Shown: one piece after another, positions 57,482 to 64,000 of the stretch
How positions within the stretch are numbered: the stretch's first letter is position 1
Layout: each line of letters starts with the position of its first letter
DNA from: a virus
Lineage: Duplodnaviria > Caudoviricetes
Virus record (IMG/VR): IMGVR_UViG_2831870349_000001
Length of the DNA stretch: 64,000 bases
Strand: one strand, 5' to 3'
Translations under genes and position numbers: made by a program
Notes under the pieces: generated by a model
What the model saw: only the letters and a program-made list of their open reading frames with translations
What the model was told of the DNA's origin: nothing
The model's database searches: none

Positions 57482-57952
57482 ATGCCTGGACCAGTACTAG
57501 CGCATCAAAAGCGCCATCAGATGCGGGATGTGACGGTTATGTCCTGCACCGGCTTCTCAGGCGGCACAGCGGGGACAACAATCGCCTTCATCGCACTCGC
57601 GGAAACGTGTACGATCAAGCCTCCCAAGCGTATGTATGGCGATACCACGTCGAGCGCAGATACGGTGGAATCGTCACGCCCGCTTCGGTGGGGAACAGGA
57701 TCGGTGACGCTGGTCGGTTTTTCGGACTATGACGCGAACCAATTCACGGCGATCTTTGTTCAGGGCGCTTACGCGACATTCCAATTCACATCGTCGACGA
57801 CCGGTGAATCCTGGCAGCTCCTTTGCCGCTGCGAGGACCTCGATATCGCGCTCGGAAAAGATCAGACCAAAAACACGCTGACCCTCACGGTCGAAGGCGC
57901 GCCGTTCTACGCGGCGAGCGGCAGCACGCTCGCGATCGTCTCGCTCGACTAA
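57482..57952 (+). CDS. Probable major tail tube protein
   Basis: Beta-rich 156 aa directly upstream of the tail chaperone. Confidence 0.6.
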   Translation: MPGPVLAHQKRHQMRDVTVMSCTGFSGGTAGTTIAFIALAETCTIKPPKRMYGDTTSSADTVESSRPLRWGTGSVTLVGFSDYDANQFTAIFVQGAYATFQFTSSTTGESWQLLCRCEDLDIALGKDQTKNTLTLTVEGAPFYAASGSTLAIVSLD

Positions 57953-57994
57953 AGCCCACGGCTATAAAATCCCTATCAAGGACGGTTACGAACA

Positions 57995-58614
57995 ATGTAT
58001 CTGACTAAAGAGCAGTTATTGGCCTACAAAAGCCCTGAGCCACTTGAGGAGGATTTTCTCGTGGAGGAGCTTGGAGGTAGCGCTCATATCCGTGGCGTTA
58101 CTAAGAAAGACGAGCTTGAGGCCGTGAATGCGGAAATAGAGCACTTGAAGAGGTTGCCAATTCCCGTGACGCACCCGGTTACCGGGCAAGTCTACAAGCC
58201 GGACCACGGCGATATCAAAGCGGCGTGCTGGGTGTCTGCGTGCGTCACGGAACCAAAATTGACAGCGCTTGAATGGCTTCAGTTCGCGGCGGAAGGATTC
58301 GCATTTCTGGGCGCCCTCCATGTCCGGGCCTGGGTTTGCTCACGCCTTATTTCTGATCCGCTAAAGCCTGGAGATGAGGAAGTTCCTGACGGTATCGGCG
58401 CTGCCAAGGCTGAGATCAACGAAGGGGAAGAGGGCGGCGACCCTTTGGAGTAAGGTGGCGCGCTTTCTGCCTGAAGACGCTCCACACGACTCCAGAGGCA
58501 TACAATCGAATGAATCCAGGTATCCCGCTAACGGAAATGTATCGTAACCTCGCAATGGAAGAAATTTTGATTGAGAGTAAGTCACAGACTTGGGATGATG
58601 TATTTGATCAATAG
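57995..58614 (+). CDS. Tail assembly chaperone (stop 58453) with -1 frameshift extension (stop 58614)
   Basis: LTKEQLL...VEELGG N-terminus; slippery C CCT TTG at 58441-58447; -1 frame open to TAG 58612-58614. Confidence 0.75.
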
Positions 58615-58630
58615 CGCCAGGATGAAGTAA

Positions 58631-59248
58631 ATGGCATTCGTGACCAATGCGGGGGCTCTTGCCGCTCGAAAACGTATCCTGGCCGGTAATATCGAAGCTC
58701 GTTTCCGAACGGCTGCAAAACTGCATGCAACCGAAATGAAAAGAGTGGCGGAAAATCTCTCGCATGGCAGCCTTACGAAAAAGGACTTGAGAGATAAAGG
58801 CAATCCGTACGCCACTCGTCTGCCGGCTGGCAGCGCAGGATTTCCTGACTACCTGATCAATATTGGTGGCGGCGATTTCGCGAACTCGTGGCGGACGCGG
58901 GTTCAGCAGTCGGGAAACCGGTGGACGGTATCAATTTGGAACGATTCTCAACACGCGAAGTTCATGGTCGGCACCGTCCGGGAGCGCAAGCGCGATATCA
59001 TGCGCGTCGTCGTCCTGAAAACGACGAAATCGTTCCACGATGCTGTCGATAAAGAAATCAAACGCGGGATTGCGGAGAACAATCGCTCTTCCGCTCCGGT
59101 GAGCGGGTCTACGGGCAGTTTTGGCGCAATGGGAGAAGGTTCGGCGAGCGTAGGCGGATACAGCGCCTTTAGCGCTGTATCGATAGGTGTCACTGCGGGA
59201 TTATTCGCGGCCGCTGGCGCGGTGTATGATGGGGTGTCGGAGAATTGA
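58631..59248 (+). CDS. HK97 gp10-like tail completion protein
   Basis: GDFANSW...NDSQHAKFMVGTVR. Confidence 0.55.
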   Translation: MAFVTNAGALAARKRILAGNIEARFRTAAKLHATEMKRVAENLSHGSLTKKDLRDKGNPYATRLPAGSAGFPDYLINIGGGDFANSWRTRVQQSGNRWTVSIWNDSQHAKFMVGTVRERKRDIMRVVVLKTTKSFHDAVDKEIKRGIAENNRSSAPVSGSTGSFGAMGEGSASVGGYSAFSAVSIGVTAGLFAAAGAVYDGVSEN

Positions 59249-59267
59249 TCGTCGCCGATGGCGCAGC

Positions 59268-59304
59268 AGAAGGACCGCTCTCCATTCGGGAGAGCGGTCC
59301 TTCT
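59268..59304. terminator. Hairpin between convergent genes
   Basis: AGAAGGACCGCTCTCC...GGAGAGCGGTCCTTCT. Confidence 0.65.
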
Positions 59305-59340
59305 ATGATGGACGGTCCTTGCCGGCCGCACCACGGCGTG

Positions 59341-59862
59341 CTAAGGAGTAGGATCGACAGGCATGAGAGTGAAAAAGGCGTCTGCTCTCAAGAGCATTTC
59401 TTCTACACTATCGAACTCGTAGATTTCGCCGAGGATCATTTTTGATCCGCTACGAGTTATCGAATCAATGACTGCCGCCTGCCATGCTGGACGACAACGC
59501 CATAACTTAAGGAGCATTGCCGTTGGGGCCGAAACACGGACAGCCACCAATTGAGCCGATACATCACTTGTGAAGCCAAGTCTGACTCTTATAGAAACAA
59601 ATTCAGGGATGATTTGGATTGCGTAGAAATATCCTTGTAGATCTGACGGGGCCATTTCCTTTTGGTGCTCCACTCCACAACCACGTAACTTTCGCACCAG
59701 TGCCGCATCTTCGTTCGTAAGAGCGGAAACTGCTTGCCCGCGCGATCCCAGCGTGCGCGGTAAGGTAATGATTTGGAACCCAGATTTCTTGATGAATTTG
59801 AGTAGACTAGATCTGTCAAGTCCCAATTCTTCAGCAAGTCGGAATATTGGTATGTGCATCAT
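59341..59862 (-). CDS. HTH plus T5orf172/GIY-YIG-like domain protein
   Basis: LAEELGLDRSSLLK HTH; GYFYAIQ...RVRLGFT. Confidence 0.6.
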   Translation of the reverse strand: MMHIPIFRLAEELGLDRSSLLKFIKKSGFQIITLPRTLGSRGQAVSALTNEDAALVRKLRGCGVEHQKEMAPSDLQGYFYAIQIIPEFVSIRVRLGFTSDVSAQLVAVRVSAPTAMLLKLWRCRPAWQAAVIDSITRSGSKMILGEIYEFDSVEEMLLRADAFFTLMPVDPTP

Positions 59863-59866
59863 CGAG

Positions 59867-60739
59867 TTACCCTGCTTTCTGGTGAAGTGTCCAAAGGTTA
59901 AACGCCCGGCTTTCAATTGCCAACGCCGGTGGGCAGTCGATCCCAAGCCCAATGAGTTCGATCCGCGCCGCCTCGCGGTAAGGCTGACGGCCTTTATCAT
60001 CCATTCCGGACCAATCCTGTTTCTTCGTGCGACGCGAAAGAGTTCTCGATTCGTGAGACACAACGACTTCGCAAACGATGTCGCCGAGGCGGCCTTTTTC
60101 TTCGTCTGTTTTTTTCTCCGGAGAAAGAGGATCAAAAAACGAAGAATCTGGAGAGAGAGTATCTTGCGCGTTAGCGCGCGATTCCGGCGCTATTTCTTCA
60201 ATTCTTTTTTCTCTTTCTTTTTTGTTTTCTTTTAGATTATCTATTATGGGGACACCTCCGTCCCTAGCGTGGTGACGTACGTGTCCCGATGACAGGACCC
60301 ACGTGTCCCTAGGGTCGGGATCTGTAGATCCCGAGGAGAGGACCTGTGGATCACTAAGGACCTGTGGATCACTAAGGACCTGTGGATCACTAAGGACCTG
60401 TGGATCACTAGGGACCTGTGGATCACTAGGGACCTGTGGATCACTAGGGACCTGCACCGTGCAGTACGTAATATAGATATGCCGTTGATTGCGACGGTCC
60501 TTGTGAACAATGCTTCGGATCATTTGGCGTTTCTCGATTTCGGACAGCAGTCTCTTGACATGGCGGTCACTGACGCCGATTCGCTTCGCGAGATAGGCGT
60601 TCGACGCCCAGCAGTAACCGTGCCCGGAAGCGAGCGAGGAGACAAGGCCGAACAAGAGTTTCTCGTTCGGCTGCAAGTCCGTTCGCGCAAGGACGGAATC
60701 CGGGACCATGATGAAGGTTTCGTCGGCCTGTTCGGACAT
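59867..60739 (-). CDS. Winged-HTH replication-initiator-like protein with internal iterons
   Basis: EKLLFG...GYCWASNAYLAKRIGVS..HVKRLL; QV(P/L)SDP repeated six times. Confidence 0.75.
   Translation of the reverse strand: MSEQADETFIMVPDSVLARTDLQPNEKLLFGLVSSLASGHGYCWASNAYLAKRIGVSDRHVKRLLSEIEKRQMIRSIVHKDRRNQRHIYITYCTVQVPSDPQVPSDPQVPSDPQVLSDPQVLSDPQVLSDPQVLSSGSTDPDPRDTWVLSSGHVRHHARDGGVPIIDNLKENKKEREKRIEEIAPESRANAQDTLSPDSSFFDPLSPEKKTDEEKGRLGDIVCEVVVSHESRTLSRRTKKQDWSGMDDKGRQPYREAARIELIGLGIDCPPALAIESRAFNLWTLHQKAG
60339..60454. repeat. Six-plus tandem 18-bp iteron-like units RGGACCTGTGGATCACTA
   Basis: Read directly; AT-rich tract at about 60190-60248 and palindrome CGGGATCT..AGATCCCG at 60316-60333 lie next to it. 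Confidence 0.9.
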
Positions 60740-60741
60740 GG

Positions 60742-61275
60742 TTAATCCTGCTGCTCGGTCCAGAATTTGGGGTTGTCCACGATGTGCTCGACCATGCGCG
60801 CGATCCGGTGATCGACGGTATCATAACGAGATCCATTAAAACCTTCGTAGTCGTCGTGATGATCGAAATCGCGCTCAAAGCTCCATTCCGTATTCCAGAG
60901 GATCGCGTGCGTCATTTCATGCGCCAGCACCCGGATCTGCTCCTTGGCGGACAGCCTCGCGTCGTAGATAATGAGGGTCGCTCGGAGCTTATTCGTGTTG
61001 TGTTCGGATGCGTTGATCTCCGGGATTTTCCAGCATATCCCGCGTGTCTTATCGACCAAATGCGCGATCTCTGGCTGCGCCGCACACCAGAAAGAAACCG
61101 TCTTCACCATCAAGGCGACGATGTGAGCCGCCCTCACCCAGTTTCTGACGTCCGAGCGGTCTCCCTTCACGAGACTTTTAATCTTGAGTGCGACAGCAGA
61201 TGCAATGTCCTGCTTCTCGCGTCGCGAAATCGTACGGAAAGTCGGCTGGTTTTGAGGATCATTTTGCAGGACCAT
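60742..61275 (-). CDS. Second ImmA/IrrE-like HExxH metallopeptidase
   Basis: IIYDARLS..EQIRVLAHEMTH. Confidence 0.65.
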   Translation of the reverse strand: MVLQNDPQNQPTFRTISRREKQDIASAVALKIKSLVKGDRSDVRNWVRAAHIVALMVKTVSFWCAAQPEIAHLVDKTRGICWKIPEINASEHNTNKLRATLIIYDARLSAKEQIRVLAHEMTHAILWNTEWSFERDFDHHDDYEGFNGSRYDTVDHRIARMVEHIVDNPKFWTEQQD

Positions 61276-61691
61276 TAGTTCACCGCCTTCTGGGCGCGGC
61301 TCATCTCAAGCCGGCGCTGAACCGCGTCGATGACGGCGGCGGCGAGATGATGGCGACGGCTCGGGCAGCGCGCGGACCATTCCAGTCCGTCGTCACCTTT
61401 CTTGCAATAGACGGTGAAGCGCGATCCATCGATCGTAACATCCATGGCGCTTTGGAGAAACTTACCGGAGAAGTCCGTGAGCGTTCCCCACTCGTTGCGA
61501 ACGAAGGACGCGCGGCTGATGATGTCTTGAACGGAATAAAAGGTCGCGGAGATTGCGGCGCCGTCGGCGGCGGCGATACGCGCGCTCTGGCGGTCCTGCT
61601 CGCGGATCCAGGATAGCTCGGCGAAATTCTTTGGGGCGGCGGCTGCAACTTTTTGTGCGCCTGTTGTGTCAAAATACATTGTGAGAGTCAT
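61275..61691 (-). CDS. Hypothetical protein
   Basis: AAGGA RBS; coupled to the next gene. Confidence 0.55.
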   Translation of the reverse strand: MTLTMYFDTTGAQKVAAAAPKNFAELSWIREQDRQSARIAAADGAAISATFYSVQDIISRASFVRNEWGTLTDFSGKFLQSAMDVTIDGSRFTVYCKKGDDGLEWSARCPSRRHHLAAAVIDAVQRRLEMSRAQKAVN

Positions 61692-61834
61692 CCTTTCGCA
61701 CTGCGCCGATCGTTACTTTTTCCAGGAGAGACGGTCGGCGTTTTTCTTTGAACTTAATATATTGTAACACATGTCGCATTATTTGTCAAGTATAAAGATG
61801 CACACGTTGCAATATATTATGCTATAATGAATCC

Positions 61835-62287
61835 ATGGTACTTATAGGAATGCCGGATGCGGCGACAAAGGCCGGAGTTTCGCGCTCAAGTATAAAAAGG
61901 GCTTTGGAGAATGCAGGAGTAAACCTTCACAAGATCAATGAGCGAGCATGGGCAGTCGAAGAGACAGACTTACAAGCCTATCTTGAACGGCGAGGTGGGT
62001 CGTTGGAGCGCGGGCGGCCCGCAGGGTCACCTAATCGCTTGAGAAAGGGACATGCCCCATCACATCTGCGTGACGCGTTCTGTGAATGGTGCGACTTGAC
62101 TGAGGAATCCAGTGTTGTGGAAGTGGGCGGAGAAGACAAGCCTATTCGTTGGCTGCTTGGTCGTCTGTGGAACTGTACAGATGTATTGGCGGCGGTGTAT
62201 TGCCAAAACCTAGAGATCCCAGTAGGCTCGACTTACGCGGTTGCGGTACGCGATGTGATGTCTAAACTGGGCGAAGAAGCAGAATAA
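61835..62287 (+). CDS. Excisionase/AlpA-like HTH protein with AT-hook, probably leaderless
   Basis: MPDAATKAGVSRSSIKR HTH, RGRP; TGCTATAAT extended -10 ends 6 nt before the ATG. Confidence 0.6.
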   Translation: MVLIGMPDAATKAGVSRSSIKRALENAGVNLHKINERAWAVEETDLQAYLERRGGSLERGRPAGSPNRLRKGHAPSHLRDAFCEWCDLTEESSVVEVGGEDKPIRWLLGRLWNCTDVLAAVYCQNLEIPVGSTYAVAVRDVMSKLGEEAE

Positions 62288-62375
62288 CGGCAGCCAAAGT
62301 TCGTAGGCTCTCCTAAAATGACGAATTTTTGAAGCTTCTCCCAGAATAGCGCGATACTGACACCAATACAAGAAA

Positions 62376-62410
62376 ACGAGCCTCGGCAACTGCCGAGGCT
62401 CTTGTTGTTT
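62376..62410 (+). terminator. Rho-independent terminator
   Basis: GAGCCTCGGCA-AC-TGCCGAGGCTC followed by TTGTTGTTT. Confidence 0.65.
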
Positions 62411-62481
62411 CCGATTGATTAATTCCCAGGCGCCAGGACTCAAAGGATTGCGTTCAGTTCTCCTGTGAAAGTGTATTCCAT

Positions 62482-64000
62482 ATGTCATTCGAGACGATGC
62501 TGACGCGCGCAATTCTTCAGGACGATTTCAGCCCGGTCCTGCGGAAAATTGCAAATAATCAAGACGAATTCGCCGGCAAGACCGCTCGCCTGAATGCCAT
62601 GGGGAATGTTTTCCTGGGCGCAGGGTCAGCCGCTCTCGCGTTTGGCGTGAAGTCCATCAAAGTTGCAGGCCAGCTCGATGAGATCAAGAAGGCAATGGCG
62701 GCGGTCGAAGGCGCCCAAAAGGCTGCGTTTGATCTCGACTTCGCCCAGAAGTACGGTCTGGCTTCCAAGGCGACATACCTCGAAATCAGTCAGGCCGCCC
62801 AGTCGCTCGTTCTTCATCAGATGAGTGTCAAGGATAATCTGAAGGACATCGCCGACCTTGCGGCGGCAACCGGGAAGCCTCTTCAGGAAGTGGCGAATCT
62901 GTGGGAGCGTCTCCAGACTGGGCGAACGGGATCCGCGCTCGGACAGCAAGGCTTCCCTCGCCTTGGCATCAGTACAGCGGCAGTCTTTGAGGCGGCCGGG
63001 TTACCGTATAAGCCAGGACAAACCGTTCAAGGCAAAATTACCCCGGAGCAGGCGTTTGCGGCGATCCGTTCGATTATGGCCAAGCGCGGGGATACCGGTC
63101 TCGACGAGAAACTATCACGGACGACATTATCCGGCAGCTCCTCCATGATCGAAGACTCGATCACCGGTCTTCAGGCGAATCTAGGAGCGGCGAAGCTAAC
63201 CACAACGATCGCAATTCTCAACAAGGTTGCGGATTCCATCAATAATGTGTCTGACGCAATAAAAAACGTTCCTGGCGCTGGAGACAAATTCCTCGGTATG
63301 GCCGCCGGACTGATCGCGGTGGGGACCGCGCTCAAAATCGCGAGCTCTCTTCGTGATTTCAGGACATCCGCCAACCTCGCGAAGATTGCCGCCGATTCCT
63401 CCGGCAAAGGATTCAAAGGTCTTGCCGGAGCCAAAAAACTTGCAGAAATCGCCGCGAAGGACGAGAACAAAGCAGAGATCGATAAGCTCGGCACTCTGGA
63501 TAAAGAAAAAGGCGAACTCGGCAGCACCATTACGAGATGGCAGGCTCTCAAGAACCTGCTTGCCTCTATGCCTGGAAAGATCGGCTTCATGGGCGCGGCG
63601 GAGGGGGCGACCGGCCGAATCGCGAAAATGGGCGGCTTCGGGCTCAAAGGAACCGGCGCCCTCGTTCCCGGTCTCATCGGCGGGGCGATACTCGCAACTC
63701 CTGCGATCATGGCGGCCGTCGGCGCATACAAAATCCTCGGCGAGCAGATGGCCGAGAACGACGCAAAGCTGCGCGGGGACGGCGTCACGGATCTATCCGC
63801 CCAGATCAACCGTATGGCCGACCTGCGCAAGAAGTTGCGCGATCATCCTAATGATCCGAAGCTTCTGCGTGAGATGGCCCAGACGCATGACATGTTCATG
63901 CGTCTGGGCGGCGCGCCGCAGCGCGCCGCGATGAAAGCCAAGGCAGCCGCTGAGGCGAAGACTGCTGGCGACATGTCGAAAGCCGATGCCGCCACTCGCG
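62482..64000 (+). CDS. Tail tape measure protein, 5' part (runs off the window)
   Basis: Hand translation MSFETMLTRAILQDDFSPVLRKI...; Ala/Gly/Lys-rich helical text; absent from the ORF track, consistent with no stop inside the window. Confidence 0.8.
   Translation, partial: MSFETMLTRAILQDDFSPVLRKIANNQDEFAGKTARLNAMGNVFLGAGSAALAFGVKSIKVAGQLDEIKKAMAAVEGAQKAAFDLDFAQKYGLASKATYLEISQAAQSLVLHQMSVKDNLKDIADLAAATGKPLQEVANLWERLQTGRTGSALGQQGFPRLGISTAAVFEAAGLPYKPGQTVQGKITPEQAFAAIRSIMAKRGDTGLDEKLSRTTLSGSSSMIEDSITGLQANLGAAKLTTTIAILNKVADSINNVSDAIKNVPGAGDKFLGMAAGLIAVGTALKIASSLRDFRTSANLAKIAADSSGKGFKGLAGAKKLAEIAAKDENKAEIDKLGTLDKEKGELGSTITRWQALKNLLASMPGKIGFMGAAEGATGRIAKMGGFGLKGTGALVPGLIGGAILATPAIMAAVGAYKILGEQMAENDAKLRGDGVTDLSAQINRMADLRKKLRDHPNDPKLLREMAQTHDMFMRLGGAPQRAAMKAKAAAEAKTAGDMSKADAATR

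Larger units (their letters stand above)
11287..64000 (+). mobile_element. Temperate siphovirus-type prophage, right end beyond the window
   Basis: Integrase, immunity, early, replication, packaging, HK97 head, tail and tape measure genes in canonical order. Confidence 0.93.

Overview
GC-rich bacterial chromosome segment with a nested-phage layout. 1-3.0 kb: host genes (HTH regulator, secreted peroxiredoxin-FKBP fusion). 3.2-11.3 kb: a resident phage head module (terminase small and large subunits, frameshifted P22-type portal, scaffold, N4-gp56-type major capsid) with no integrase or replication genes on its left, so possibly a cryptic prophage or GTA-like element. Its capsid gene breaks off at about 11,286, where a second temperate siphovirus-type prophage has inserted via a large serine recombinase. 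That prophage fills the rest of the window and continues past 64,000. It contains a moron/defence region, an ImmA-repressor-Cro switch, four DNA-modification enzymes, replication genes, tRNA-like genes, HK97-type head genes, tail genes with a -1 frameshift, an inverted ori-bearing module and a partial tape measure gene. Strongest novel signals: (1) an N6-adenine methyltransferase fused to a complete ParB CTPase/HTH, with five dispersed copies of a 20-bp AT-rich palindrome ATTATTSATCGATCAATAAT (parS/KorB-operator-like), three of them inside coding sequence; (2) the prophage splitting another element's capsid gene; (3) two copies of a covarying kissing-loop RNA leader covering a ribosome-binding site. 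All family assignments come from motifs read by eye; no database search was run.
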